From Chloroflexota bacterium (GTDB taxonomy: Bacteria > Chloroflexota > Limnocylindria > Limnocylindrales > CSP1-4): a stretch of 64,000 nucleotides of DNA. This document shows, one piece after another, positions 18,804 through 30,278 of the stretch. Position 1 is the stretch's first letter. Each line of letters starts with the position of its first letter. Location of the stretch: contig JBFMAT010000014.1 of assembly GCA_040755495.1 (NCBI GenBank), positions 7,764-71,763 of the forward strand, in the 5' to 3' direction. The translations under genes and the position numbers were made by a program. The notes beneath the pieces were generated by a model. The model searched no databases and had not been told where the DNA came from. It saw nothing but the letters and a program-made list of their open reading frames with translations.

Positions 18804-18979
18804 GGCTCGGCAGCCCACTCGATCCGCGGCCTCGGCTCGCCAGGCAGCGCGCGGATCACCGCCCCACCGCGGCGCTCCGACCCGCGGACGGCCGGGCGGA
18901 TCGCACGGCCCGGCCGCGACTCGTTCCGGACGTCCCGTCGGCGAACCACTGACTCACAGTCCTTGAGATCGCGAATCAG

Positions 18980-18993
18980 GGCCCGGATCCGGG
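18980..18993. promoter_or_regulatory. Perfect 14-bp palindrome GCCCGGATCCGGGC (hairpin/operator candidate), plus CTGACgGTCAG at 19088-19098
   Basis: The palindromes sit in the 375-bp intergenic region between the 17205..18803 gene and the HxlR stop. Confidence 0.25.
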
Positions 18994-19177
18994 CGGATAC
19001 CGGCGCAGTTGCGCGAGTTCGTGGACTGGGAGTCAACGCGGACCCGCATCCGGCCGACCGCCGGCGCCCGATTCGCGATCTCATTGACTGACGGTCAGCG
19101 GGCGGCCGGGGCGACCACCGGCACGCCTGCGCCGGCCCTGGCGCCGGCCCTGGCGCCGGCGAGGCCGGCGAGGCCGA

Positions 19178-19644
19178 TCACAGGCGGGTCAGCCCGTCCG
19201 GCTCGCCCTCGTCCACGAGCCGCCCGCAGGTGGGGCAGTGCCAGCGCGCCTCGAGCGGGGTGCCGCACGCCTCGTGCCGCAGCGCCTCGCCGGTGCCGCC
19301 CCGGCGCACGCCCCAGTCGGCGAGCAGGTGGAGGGCTCCCGCGAGCTCGCGGCCGTCCGCCGTGAGGGCGTACTCCATCCGCGGCGGGCGGCGGCTGTAC
19401 GGCGTCGCGACGAGGATCCCGCCGCGCTCCAGGCGCCGCAGCCGGTCGGCCAGGATGTTGGGCGCGATCCCGGTCATCGCCTCGCCCAGCTCGCCGAACC
19501 GCCGCGGGCCGTCGAGCAGCGCCTCGACCAGCAGCAGGCTCCATCGGTCGCCCACCCGGTCGAGGGCGGCGCCGAGGGCGCTGGGAGCCGGACGGCCGGT
19601 GGGGTCGTCGGTGGGCGGGTCGAGCCGGGGCGTCATGGCGGTCA
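19178..19644 (-). CDS. HxlR-family winged-helix transcriptional regulator with Cys-rich C-terminal extension
   Basis: DRWSLLLVEALLDGPRRFGEL...RLERGGILVATPYSRRPPRMEYALT is an HxlR core. A C-terminal HEACGTPLEARWHCPTCG motif follows. Confidence 0.8.
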
Positions 19645-19729
19645 TGGTAGGGGAGGGCTTGCGGCTCGTCGTGGTCGGTAGTAGATTGCAATTCACAAGT
19701 TACACCAGCACCAGCCGAGGTCCATCGTC

Positions 19730-20617
19730 ATGTCCGTGCTCGAAGAGCTCCAGGCCTCCGTCGCCGCCGTCGCCTCGGCGGTCGGCCCGTCCGTCGTCGG
19801 GATCGGATCCCGGCTTCGCGGCTCGGGCGTCGTCGTCGCCGATGGCCGCGTCCTCACCAACGCCCACAACCTGCGGGGCGGCGAGGTCACGGTCCGGTTC
19901 GCCGACGGACGCACGACGCGCGGCGCCGTCCGGGGCGTGGACTGGGACGGCGACCTCGCCGTGGTCGAGGTGGACACGACCGGCGTTCCCGCCGTCGCGT
20001 GGTCGGGCGGCGGCGTCACGATCGGCTCGGCCGTGTTCGCGGCCGCGGCGACGCCCGCCGGCGGGACGCGCGTGTCGTTCGGGTTCGTGTCCTCCGTGGC
20101 GCGGGCGTTCCGGGGCCCGGGCGGCCGCCGGATCTCCGGGTCGGTGGAGCACACGGCGCCGCTCGCGCCGGGCTCGTCGGGCAGCCCGCTGCTGGACGCC
20201 GACGGGGCGTTCGTGGGCCTCAACACGAACCGGGTCGGCGAGGGGTTCTACCTCGCACTGCCCGCGGACGCCGCGTTCCGCGAGCGCGTCGAGGCCCTGG
20301 GCCGCGGCGAGTCCCGCGAACGGCCACGGCTCGGCATCTCCGTGGCGCCCGCCCACGTCGCCCGGCGGCTGCGCCGCTCGGTCGGGCTGCCGGAGCGGGA
20401 TGGCGTCCTGGTCCGGGGCGTCGAGGCCGGGAGCCCCGCCGAGGCGGCCGGCATCCGTGAGGGCGACCTCGTCGTCGCCGCGGGCGGCCGGCCGGTCGCG
20501 GACGTGGACGACCTGCACGAGGCGCTCGCCCAGGCCGGCTTCCCGCTGGAGGTCACGCTGGTCCGCGGGATGGACGAGCTGGCGGTCACCGTCGCCGCGG
20601 CGGCCGCCGGGGAGTAG
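19730..20617 (+). CDS. Trypsin-like serine protease with C-terminal PDZ domain (HtrA/DegP-like)
   Basis: NAHNL (His), DGDLAVVEV (Asp) and GSSGSPLLD (Ser) form the catalytic triad. A C-terminal PDZ-like GVLVRGVEAGSPAEAAGIREGDLVV follows. No signal peptide is evident. Confidence 0.75.
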   Translation: MSVLEELQASVAAVASAVGPSVVGIGSRLRGSGVVVADGRVLTNAHNLRGGEVTVRFADGRTTRGAVRGVDWDGDLAVVEVDTTGVPAVAWSGGGVTIGSAVFAAAATPAGGTRVSFGFVSSVARAFRGPGGRRISGSVEHTAPLAPGSSGSPLLDADGAFVGLNTNRVGEGFYLALPADAAFRERVEALGRGESRERPRLGISVAPAHVARRLRRSVGLPERDGVLVRGVEAGSPAEAAGIREGDLVVAAGGRPVADVDDLHEALAQAGFPLEVTLVRGMDELAVTVAAAAAGE

Positions 20618-20870
20618 CCCGGCGGCCGTCCCGGCCAGCCGGGCCCCCGGAGGACTCGGCCGGGCACGCGGATCACCCGCGCCCGGAACATGCGCTGTGC
20701 TCCACGCGCCGCCAGGCGGTTGAACCAGCCCACGGCGTTCGATCCCAGCCGCTGGGCGGCGGGATCCGCGCCCGCGAACCCCGCCCATGGCACAGCTCAA
20801 CCGCTGGGCGGCTGACGTGGCCCATCATGGGCTCGGCGAACCGCCCAGCGACCGGCCAGCCCCGCCCGCC

Positions 20871-20931
20871 GATCCCGCCGATCCCGCCGATCCCGCCGAC
20901 AGCGCCGACAGCGCCGACAGCGCCGATCCCC
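20871..20931. repeat. 9-bp tandem repeat (GATCCCGCC x3, GACAGCGCC x3, partial seventh unit)
   Basis: Read directly from the sequence. It lies in the roughly 470-bp region between the HtrA-like gene and the tryptophanase-family gene. Confidence 0.8.
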
Positions 20932-21040
20932 GACCCGGCACCCGCTCCCCCCGCCACCGAGCGCCCCGTTGCGGGACCTTCGGCAAGGGTTCCGCGGGCC
21001 CAACGGACCGGATCGCGGACGCCGTCGCGCGCTAGCGTAG

Positions 21041-22504
<1,464 letters not shown>

Positions 22505-22560
22505 GGAGCGCCTCCGCCGACGCGTGGACCGGCGGCCACGGATGGGGTAGGGTCGCGGCG

Positions 22561-23352
22561 ATGGGTGTCGCCGGTCCTCTCCTCGTCGAGCGCGCGGGCG
22601 CGCAGGGCGAGATCGCCGTCCTGACGCTCCACCGGCCGGAGGTCCACAACGCGATCGACAACGCGCTGCTGTCCGCCCTCCACGCGGCGCTGGGCGAGGT
22701 CGAGGCGGACCCGGCCGTGCGCGGCGTCGTCCTGGCGGGAACCGGCGGACGCGCGTTCTGCACCGGGATGGACCTCAAGGAGCGGGCCGGCTTCTCGGAC
22801 GACGACCTCCGGGCGCAGCGCCGCCGGATCGTGGACCTGGTGCGTCATGTCCACGAGCTGCCGGTCGCGACGATCGCCGCGGTCGAGGGCTTCGCGCTGG
22901 GCGGGGGGTTCGAGCTGGCCCTCGCCTGCGACCTGATCGTGGCCTCGGACTCGGCGGTGCTCGGGCTGCCCGAGGTGAAGGTGGGGATCTTCCCGGGTGG
23001 TGGATCGACGCACACGCTGACCTGGCTGGTGGGGCCGGCGCGGGCGCGGGACGTGATCCTCGCCGGGCGCCGGCTGACGGCCGGCGAGGCGGAGGCCTGG
23101 GGCGTCGTCGCGCGGGTGGTGCCGGCCGGCGGGGCGCGCGAGGCGGCGATCGCCCTCGGGGACTCGATCGCCGAGGGCGCGCCGCTGGGGATCCGCCAGG
23201 CGAAGGCGGCCATCCGGGGCGCCCACCGCGCGCTGGCCGAGGGCCTGGCCGCCGAGAACGAGCTGTACGAGGTCGTCCTGACCTCGCGCGACCGCCGCGA
23301 GGGTTTCGAGGCCTTCGCCGCCAAGCGCCGGCCGCGGTTCGAGGGCCGCTGA
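22561..23352 (+). CDS. liuC: Enoyl-CoA hydratase/isomerase (crotonase); candidate methylglutaconyl-CoA hydratase
   Basis: Crotonase motifs [17 protein letters not shown] and [15 protein letters not shown]. The functional call rests on its position upstream of the MCC genes. Confidence 0.75.
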   Translation: MGVAGPLLVERAGAQGEIAVLTLHRPEVHNAIDNALLSALHAALGEVEADPAVRGVVLAGTGGRAFCTGMDLKERAGFSDDDLRAQRRRIVDLVRHVHELPVATIAAVEGFALGGGFELALACDLIVASDSAVLGLPEVKVGIFPGGGSTHTLTWLVGPARARDVILAGRRLTAGEAEAWGVVARVVPAGGAREAAIALGDSIAEGAPLGIRQAKAAIRGAHRALAEGLAAENELYEVVLTSRDRREGFEAFAAKRRPRFEGR

Positions 23353-23353
23353 G

Positions 23354-24958
23354 GTGCCGGTCATCCCCGAGGGCCCGGCCGGCCCGGGCGTCGAGGCCAA
23401 CCGGGAGGCGAACCTCGCCCTGGTCAGCGAGCTCCGCGCCCGGCTGGAGCTCGTCCGGCGCGGCGGCGGCGACGAGGCGGTCCGGCGGCACCGGGAGCGC
23501 GGCAAGCTGCTCGCGCGCGAGCGCATCGACCGCCTGGTCGATCCCGGCTCCCCGTTCCTCGAGCTGTCGCCGCTCGCGGCCTGGGACATGTACGACGGCG
23601 ACGCGCCGTCGGCGGGGATCGTGACCGGGATCGGGGTCGTGGGCGGGCGCGAGGTGGCGATCGTCGCCAACGACGCGACGGTCAAGGGCGGCACCTACTT
23701 CCCGATGACGGTCAAGAAGCACCTGCGGCTGCAGGAGATCGCCGCCGAGAACCGGCTGCCGTGCGTGTACCTCGTGGACAGCGGCGGCGCGTTCCTGCCG
23801 CTCCAGGCCGAGGTGTTCCCGGACCGCGACCACTTCGGCCGGATCTTCTACAACCAGGCGAACCTGTCCGCGGCCGGGATCGCGCAGGTCGCCGTCGTGA
23901 TGGGGTCGTCGACCGCCGGCGGGGCGTACGTGCCGGCGATGAGCGACGAGACCGTGATCGTGCGCGGGACGGGCACGATCTTCATCGGCGGACCGCCGCT
24001 GGTGAAGGCGGCCACCGGCGAGGAGGTGTCCGCCGAGGACCTGGGCGGGGCGGACGTCCACACCCGGGTGTCCGGCGTGGCCGACCACTTCGCCGACGAC
24101 GACGAGCACGCGCTCGCGATCGCCCGCCGCATCCTGGCCAACGTGCCACCGGCGCGCAAGGACCCGCCGTGGGAGGTGCTGCCGCCGCGCGAGCCCGTGT
24201 ACGACCCGGCCGGCCTGTACGGGATCGTGCCCCCGGACCTGCGCCACTCGTTCGACGTGCGCGACATCATCGCCCGGATCGTGGACGGGTCGGAGCTGGA
24301 CGAGTTCAAGGCGCGCTACGGCACGACGCTGGTCACCGGGTTCGCCCGGATCATGGGCTACCCCGTGGGCATCATCGCCAACAACGGGATCCTGTTCTCC
24401 GAGTCGTCGCTCAAGGGTGCCCACTTCATCGAGCTGTGCACGAAGCGCCGGATCCCGCTCGTGTTCCTCCAGAACATCACCGGGTTCATGGTCGGGCGCG
24501 AGTACGAGAACCGGGGCCTGGCGCGCGACGGCGCGAAGATGGTGATGGCGGTCGCCAACGCGCGGGTGCCCAAGCTCACGGTGATCGTCGGGGGCTCGTT
24601 CGGGGCGGGGAACTACGGCATGTGCGGGCGCGCGTTCGGGCCGCGCCAGCTGTGGATGTGGCCCAACGCCCGGATCAGCGTGATGGGCGGCACGCAGGCG
24701 GCGTCCGTGCTGCTCCAGGTCCGGCTCGACGCCCTGGCCCGCGAGGGGAAGGACCTCACGCACGAGGAGCGCGAGGCGTTCACGGCCCCGACGCTGGCCG
24801 CCTACGAGCGCGAGGGCTCGCCGTACTACTCCACGGCGCGGCTGTGGGACGACGGGATCATCGACCCCGTGGACACCCGGATGGTGCTGGGCCTCGGGCT
24901 GTCTGCCGCGCTCAACGCCCCGATCCCGGACACGCCGTTCGGCGTGTTCCGGATGTAG
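23354..24958 (+). CDS. liuB: Methylcrotonyl-CoA carboxylase beta subunit (carboxyltransferase)
   Basis: A 534-aa acyl-CoA carboxyltransferase fold ([24 protein letters not shown]). GTG start 2 bp after the crotonase stop. Confidence 0.9.
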   Translation: MPVIPEGPAGPGVEANREANLALVSELRARLELVRRGGGDEAVRRHRERGKLLARERIDRLVDPGSPFLELSPLAAWDMYDGDAPSAGIVTGIGVVGGREVAIVANDATVKGGTYFPMTVKKHLRLQEIAAENRLPCVYLVDSGGAFLPLQAEVFPDRDHFGRIFYNQANLSAAGIAQVAVVMGSSTAGGAYVPAMSDETVIVRGTGTIFIGGPPLVKAATGEEVSAEDLGGADVHTRVSGVADHFADDDEHALAIARRILANVPPARKDPPWEVLPPREPVYDPAGLYGIVPPDLRHSFDVRDIIARIVDGSELDEFKARYGTTLVTGFARIMGYPVGIIANNGILFSESSLKGAHFIELCTKRRIPLVFLQNITGFMVGREYENRGLARDGAKMVMAVANARVPKLTVIVGGSFGAGNYGMCGRAFGPRQLWMWPNARISVMGGTQAASVLLQVRLDALAREGKDLTHEEREAFTAPTLAAYEREGSPYYSTARLWDDGIIDPVDTRMVLGLGLSAALNAPIPDTPFGVFRM

Positions 24959-24971
24959 CGGCAGCGGGCGG

Positions 24972-26972
24972 GTGTTCCGGTCGGTCCTGGTCGCCAACCG
25001 GGGGGAGGTCGCGGTCCGCGTGATCCGCACCTGCCGGCGCCTCGGGATCCGGACGATCGCGGTCTACTCGGACGCGGACTGGGATGCCCCGCACGTGCGG
25101 TCCGCCGACGAGGCGCACCGGATCGGGGCCGGGCCCGCGGCGGACAGCTACCTGCGGGCGTCCGCGATCGTCGAGCTGGCGCGGGCGACGGGCGCCGAGG
25201 CGATCCACCCGGGCTACGGGTTCCTGGCGGAGAACCCGGACGTCGCCGAGGCGGTCGAGGACGCGGGCCTCGCCTGGGTCGGGCCGCCGCCGGCGGCGAT
25301 GCGGGCGCTGGGCGACAAGGCGCGGGCGAAGGCGCTCGCGGAGGCGAACCGCGTTCCCGTGCTACCCGGTTACCACGCTGACATGGCAGCAGACGACGAC
25401 CTGGTCGCGCGGGCGGACGGGATCGGGTTTCCCCTGCTGGTCAAGGCGAGCGCGGGCGGCGGCGGTCGGGGGATGCGCCTGGTGCGCGCCCCGTCCGAGC
25501 TTCCCGAGGCGCTGGCGGCCGCGCGCCGCGAGGCGCTGGCGGCGTTCGGCGACGACCGGCTGCTCCTGGAGCGGTACCTGGAGCGGCCGCGGCACGTGGA
25601 GATCCAGGTCCTGGGCGACGCGCATGGCACGCTGGTCCACCTCGGCGAGCGCGAGTGCAGCATCCAGCGCCGGCACCAGAAGCTCATCGAGGAGTCGCCC
25701 TCTCCCGCAGTTTCGCCCGAGCTGCGCACGGCGATGGGCGATGCCGCCCTGCGGCTGGCCCGCGCGGCCGGCTACCGGAACGCCGGCACCGTGGAGTTCC
25801 TGCTGGACGGGACCGGGGCGTTCTACTTCCTCGAGGTCAACGCCCGCCTCCAGGTGGAGCACCCGGTGACCGAGGCCGTGACCGGTCTCGACCTCGTGGA
25901 GCAGCAGCTGCGGGTGGCGGCGGGCGAGCCGCTCGGGTTCGGGCAGGCGGACGTCCGCCCCGAGGGGCATGCGATGGAGCTGCGGATCGTGGCCGAGGAC
26001 GCGACCGCCGGGTTCCTGCCCTCGACCGGGGCGGTGACGAGGTTCGACGTCCCGACCAGCGTCCGCGTGGACACCGGGATCGCGTGCGGGTCGACGATCT
26101 CGCCGTTCTACGACTCGCTGGTCGCCAAGCTGGTCGCGCACGCGCGCGACCGCGCCGCGTCGCTGGAGCGGCTCCGCGAGGCCCTCGACGCGACGCAGAT
26201 CGAGGGCGTGGCCACGAACGTCGACCTCCTGGCCGCCGTCCTCGACGAGCCGGCGTTCGCGGCCGGCGACCTCCACGCCGGCTTCCTCGAGGAGCACCGG
26301 GTGGCGGACCGCCTGGCCGAGGTGCCGCCGGAGGTCGTCGCGGCAGCCGCCGCGGCGCGGTCGCTCGCACCCGGCGACGGCGACCGAGGCGACCCGTGGC
26401 GCCGCACCGTCCCGTGGCGCGTCGCTCGGACGGGCGAGCCCAGCCGCTGGCTCGCCGGCGGACGCACGTTCGCGGCCGTCACCTCCCTGGACGCCGCCCC
26501 CGCCACCGCGACGGTCGTCGTCGGCACCGCGACGGTCGTCGGAGGCTCCCGGTCCGTCCGCGCCCGCCTGGGCGGCGGCGATCCCGACGCCGGCTGGACG
26601 ATCGCCATCGCCGACGAGCGCGCGCTCGTCCGGCCCGCGACCGGTGGGCGCCGCGTCGAGACCGTCACCTGGCGCGGACGCCGCCATCGCCTCGCCCTCG
26701 CCGCCGCGCCGTCGGGCGAGCTGGCCGTCGCCGAGGCCGACGAGCCCGACGCCCTCGCCGCGCCGATGCCCGGGCGGGTCGTGCGCGTCCTCGTGGCCGA
26801 GGGCGATCACGTGCGCGCCAACGCTCCGCTGGTCATCCTTGAGGCGATGAAGATGGAGCACGTGATCGCCGCCACGGCGCCCGGCCGTGTGACCCGCCTG
26901 CACGTCGCGGCGGGCGACCAGGTCCTACGCGGGGCACCGCTCGTGGATCTCGACGCGGCGGAGGCACCATGA
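24972..26972 (+). CDS. liuD: Methylcrotonyl-CoA carboxylase alpha subunit (biotin carboxylase + BCCP)
   Basis: Biotin-carboxylase N-terminus VANRGEVAVRVIRT, ATP-grasp region, and a C-terminal biotinyl-lysine motif EAMKMEH. Confidence 0.9.
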   Translation: MFRSVLVANRGEVAVRVIRTCRRLGIRTIAVYSDADWDAPHVRSADEAHRIGAGPAADSYLRASAIVELARATGAEAIHPGYGFLAENPDVAEAVEDAGLAWVGPPPAAMRALGDKARAKALAEANRVPVLPGYHADMAADDDLVARADGIGFPLLVKASAGGGGRGMRLVRAPSELPEALAAARREALAAFGDDRLLLERYLERPRHVEIQVLGDAHGTLVHLGERECSIQRRHQKLIEESPSPAVSPELRTAMGDAALRLARAAGYRNAGTVEFLLDGTGAFYFLEVNARLQVEHPVTEAVTGLDLVEQQLRVAAGEPLGFGQADVRPEGHAMELRIVAEDATAGFLPSTGAVTRFDVPTSVRVDTGIACGSTISPFYDSLVAKLVAHARDRAASLERLREALDATQIEGVATNVDLLAAVLDEPAFAAGDLHAGFLEEHRVADRLAEVPPEVVAAAAAARSLAPGDGDRGDPWRRTVPWRVARTGEPSRWLAGGRTFAAVTSLDAAPATATVVVGTATVVGGSRSVRARLGGGDPDAGWTIAIADERALVRPATGGRRVETVTWRGRRHRLALAAAPSGELAVAEADEPDALAAPMPGRVVRVLVAEGDHVRANAPLVILEAMKMEHVIAATAPGRVTRLHVAAGDQVLRGAPLVDLDAAEAP

Positions 26973-28030
26973 CGACGATGCTGCCCGGAACCCTGCCGGC
27001 CGCCGTTACGATCGTGGAGGTCGGCCCGCGGGACGGGCTCCAGAACGAGGCCGCCGCCATCGCGACCGAGGTGAAGCTCGGGTTCATCGAGCGTCTCGGC
27101 GCGGCCGGGCTGTCCGCCATCGAGGCGACGTCGTTCGTCCACCCGCGCGCCGTGCCACAGCTCGCCGACGCCGATGCGCTGCTGCCGGCGATCCGGCGCC
27201 GCCCCGGCGTCCGGTACCCGGTCCTCGCGCCCACGCCGCGCGGCCTCGAGCGCGCCCTGGCCGCCGGGGCGGACGACATCGCCGTGGTCATCGGCGCCAC
27301 CGACGCGTTCAACGGCGCGAACCTGCACCGGACGACCGCCTCAGCCATCGACGATGCTGCGAGGGTGATCGCGGACGCGACGGCGGCCGGCTGCCGGACG
27401 CGCGGCTACGTGTCGGTCGCCTTCGGCTGCCCGTACGAGGGGCCGGTCGCCCCGCAGGCGACGGCGGGGATCGCCGACCGGCTGCTCGACCTCGGCTGTG
27501 ACGAGATCAGCCTCGGCGACACGATCGGCGCGGCCACCCCCGGCGACGTCCACCGGGTCCTCGACGCGGTGCTGCCACGGGTGGACGCGGCGCGCGTCGG
27601 GCTCCACGCGCACGACACGCGCGGCCAGGCGCTCGCCGACGTGTACGCGGCGCTGGAGCGCGGCCTGGCCACCTTCGACAGCTCGGCCGGCGGGCTCGGC
27701 GGCTGCCCGTTCGCCGGCCCGGGCGCCGTCGGCAACCTCGCAACCGAGGATCTCGTGTTCTTCCTCGACGGGCTGGGCATCCGGCACGGGGTGGACCTCG
27801 ACGCCGTCATCGCCGCGGCCGCGTTCATCGAGGGCGCGGTGGGTCACGCGCTGCGCAGCCGGACCTACCTCGCCGGCGGCCGCCCGAGGACCCGCCCGCT
27901 GCCGGCGGCGACGGCCGGCACGGGCGCGGCGACGGCCGACACCGGCGCGGACCCGGCGCCCGGCCCGGCTGCCCGCCCGCTGCCCGACCCGGGGACCGGT
28001 GCCGGAACCGATCCCGGCCGGCCGGTGTAA
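26969..28030 (+). CDS. liuE: Hydroxymethylglutaryl-CoA lyase with about 55-aa low-complexity C-terminal tail
   Basis: VEVGPRDGLQNE is the HMGL signature, followed by a TIM-barrel core. ATGA overlap with liuD. The tail is rich in P/G/A/T. Confidence 0.85.
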   Translation: MTTMLPGTLPAAVTIVEVGPRDGLQNEAAAIATEVKLGFIERLGAAGLSAIEATSFVHPRAVPQLADADALLPAIRRRPGVRYPVLAPTPRGLERALAAGADDIAVVIGATDAFNGANLHRTTASAIDDAARVIADATAAGCRTRGYVSVAFGCPYEGPVAPQATAGIADRLLDLGCDEISLGDTIGAATPGDVHRVLDAVLPRVDAARVGLHAHDTRGQALADVYAALERGLATFDSSAGGLGGCPFAGPGAVGNLATEDLVFFLDGLGIRHGVDLDAVIAAAAFIEGAVGHALRSRTYLAGGRPRTRPLPAATAGTGAATADTGADPAPGPAARPLPDPGTGAGTDPGRPV

Positions 28031-28061
28031 CAGCACCGACCACCTGCCACCGGAGGCCACG

Positions 28062-28694
28062 ATGCGCTCCCTCGTCGCCATCGCCCTTGCCGCCATCCTC
28101 GTCCTCGCCATCGCCGCCCCCGCCCTCGCCAAGGAGGGCCTCGAGGCCCGTCTCGACGCCCCGATCGCCCGCGACACCCCGGGCGGGTCCGAGATCGAGG
28201 TCGGGATGACCGTCACGGTCCCCGACGGGGACGCCGTCCACCCGGTCGAGGGCTCGCCGGTCTACCTGAGGCTGTTCGGCCCCGACGGCAGCTCGACGTG
28301 GCAGCTCGGGCGAGAGGGCCGCGTCGCCGGCCACTACACAATGCGGATCCTGGTCCCGGCCAGCGGCGTGTCCCGGGTCGAGGTGGGGATCCGTGGCACC
28401 ACGGACCTGCCGATCACCGTCGTCGGGGACGCGCTGGTCGCGGGCGGGGTCACCAACGCCACGGCCCGGCTCGTGCCGCCCGCGGCGGCCGCCGCGACAC
28501 CGCCCCCGCCGGCCGTCCTGACGCCGGCCCCGGCGGCACCCGCCGACGCCGCGCCGGTGCCCTGGCTGCCGATCGGGGTCCTCGCGCTGGCGGTGCTCGG
28601 GCTGGGTGGGGCGGCCGTGGGGATCGCGCGGCGCGGACGTGACGGCGTCCGGGACGGCCGCCTCGCGGACCCGCACCGGGCGTCCGGGACGTAG
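28062..28694 (+). CDS. Secreted/cell-surface protein with signal peptide and C-terminal membrane anchor
   Basis: MRSLVAIALAAILVLAIAAPALA|KEG signal peptide and a C-terminal PWLPIGVLALAVLGLGGAAVGIARRGR anchor. A GGAGG RBS lies 6 nt upstream. Confidence 0.6.
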   Translation: MRSLVAIALAAILVLAIAAPALAKEGLEARLDAPIARDTPGGSEIEVGMTVTVPDGDAVHPVEGSPVYLRLFGPDGSSTWQLGREGRVAGHYTMRILVPASGVSRVEVGIRGTTDLPITVVGDALVAGGVTNATARLVPPAAAAATPPPPAVLTPAPAAPADAAPVPWLPIGVLALAVLGLGGAAVGIARRGRDGVRDGRLADPHRASGT

Positions 28695-28714
28695 GCCGCG
28701 GAGCCGCGCCGGAC

Positions 28715-29314
28715 GTGGGGCCGGACGCACCGGACGATGCCGTCGCCCGCGAGGCGGCGCTGGTCCGGCGCGCCCAGGCCGGGGACGCAACAGCGTACGG
28801 AGACCTCGTGACCATGCACCAGGCGGCCGCGTTCCGGGTCGCGCACCTGCTCGCCGGCTCGGCCGCGGATGCCGAGGACGCGGCGCAGGAGGCGTTCGTC
28901 AAGGCGTACCTCGCGCTCGGACGGTTCCGGGCCGGTGAGCCGTTCCGGCCCTGGCTCCTCCAGGTGGTCGGCAACGAGGCCCGCAACCGCCGCCGGGCGC
29001 TGGGTCGTCGTGGCCGCCTGCTGGACCGCGCCGTGGCCGCGTTCCGGGGATCGGCCGGACAGGCGGCGCCGTCGCCCGAGACCGCGGTGCTCCTCGGGGA
29101 GCTGCGGGACGAGGTCCGGGCCGCGCTCCTCCGGCTGCGCGACGAGGAGCGCATGGTCGTGGCCTGCCGCTACCTGCTGGACCTGTCTGAGGCCGAGACC
29201 GCGTCCGCGCTGGGGGTGCCGCCCGGGACCGTCAAGTCGCGGCTCCACCGGGCGATGGGCCGCCTCCGCACCGAGCTGGGCGGGGCCGGGCCGATGACGG
29301 AGGCGACGCCATGA
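28715..29314 (+). CDS. ECF (sigma-70 family) RNA polymerase sigma factor
   Basis: Region 2 is HLLAGSAADAEDAAQEAFVKAY. Region 4 is LSEAETASALGVPPGTVKSRLHRA. Confidence 0.8.
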   Translation: MGPDAPDDAVAREAALVRRAQAGDATAYGDLVTMHQAAAFRVAHLLAGSAADAEDAAQEAFVKAYLALGRFRAGEPFRPWLLQVVGNEARNRRRALGRRGRLLDRAVAAFRGSAGQAAPSPETAVLLGELRDEVRAALLRLRDEERMVVACRYLLDLSEAETASALGVPPGTVKSRLHRAMGRLRTELGGAGPMTEATP

Positions 29315-30156
29315 TCGCCCGCGACGAGCGACACGTGGAGACGCTGCTGCGTGCCGCCGCGGCCGAGCTGGCCTGGCCGGCCACGCCGGACCTCCGGGCG
29401 GCGGTGCTCGGCCGGATCGCCCGCGACGGCCTCGTCCCGGGCCCGGCCGCGTCGGCCGCGCCTGCCCCCGAGGCCCGAACGCCCGCCTCCGAGGCCGGCT
29501 CGCCGGCGCCGTCGCGGCCGTGGGCACCGCCCCGCCCGCGCCGGTCGATGCTCCACCACGCCCGTCCGCTGGTCGTGGCCCTGCTGGCGCTGCTGGTCCT
29601 CGGCGGCGTGGCGGCCGCGCTGGGCTTCCGGTTGCCCGGGCTCGAGATCCTGCGCATCGACCGAGTCCCGGCCGCCGGCGCCGGCCTCGACCTCGGCTCG
29701 CCGATCCCGCTCGCGGACGCGCTCGCCCGAGACCAGCCGCGGGTCAGGCTCCCGTCCGCGCTCCCGCCGCCCGACACCGCCTGGGAGCTGGGCGCCGGCG
29801 AGAGGCGGATCGTCACCCTCGCCTATCGGGCGACCGGCGACCAGGGCACGCTGGCCGGCAGCGACCTCGCGCTGACGGTCATGGCCGTGCCGGGATCGGT
29901 GGACGAGCGCCTGATCACCAAGCTGGTGGGCCCCGGCGGGACCGTCGAGCCCGTGTCGGTGGACGGGTCGCCGGGCTGGTGGATCGCGGGCGCGCCGCAT
30001 GAGATCCTGGTCTTCCGCCCGGACGGCGAGGTCGGTGTCGTGACGTCGGCGCTGGCCGGCGACACGCTGCTGTTCGCTCGCGAGGGGACGCTGTACCGCA
30101 TCGAGACCACCCTCGGCCGCGACGCCACGATCGCGATCGCGGAGTCGATGGACTGA
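29311..30156 (+). CDS. Putative anti-sigma factor (single TM, extracytoplasmic C-terminal domain)
   Basis: ATGA overlap with the sigma factor. A central TM (LVVALLALLVLGGVAAALGF) follows a Pro-rich segment. Confidence 0.55.
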   Translation: MIARDERHVETLLRAAAAELAWPATPDLRAAVLGRIARDGLVPGPAASAAPAPEARTPASEAGSPAPSRPWAPPRPRRSMLHHARPLVVALLALLVLGGVAAALGFRLPGLEILRIDRVPAAGAGLDLGSPIPLADALARDQPRVRLPSALPPPDTAWELGAGERRIVTLAYRATGDQGTLAGSDLALTVMAVPGSVDERLITKLVGPGGTVEPVSVDGSPGWWIAGAPHEILVFRPDGEVGVVTSALAGDTLLFAREGTLYRIETTLGRDATIAIAESMD

Positions 30157-30278
30157 TCCGCCGCCGGCCGTCGCGCGCATCCCGTGCCGGCGCCCGCCAG
30201 CGCGCGACGGCCGTTGGTGCTTGACTTGGCGCCCACGACGGCCGGGCATCGGCGGCGGCCGCGAAGGAGGCGCGAGCG

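Noticed and set aside
18804-19177. Possible tRNA or small RNA in the 375-bp intergenic gap
   Set aside because: No T-psi-C (GGTTCGAATCC-like) or cloverleaf-compatible segments were found. Only short palindromes, reported separately at low confidence.
22775-25030. 751-aa minus-strand ORF antisense to liuC, MCC beta and MCC alpha
   Set aside because: It is Arg/Pro-rich nonsense and spans three strongly supported plus-strand genes.
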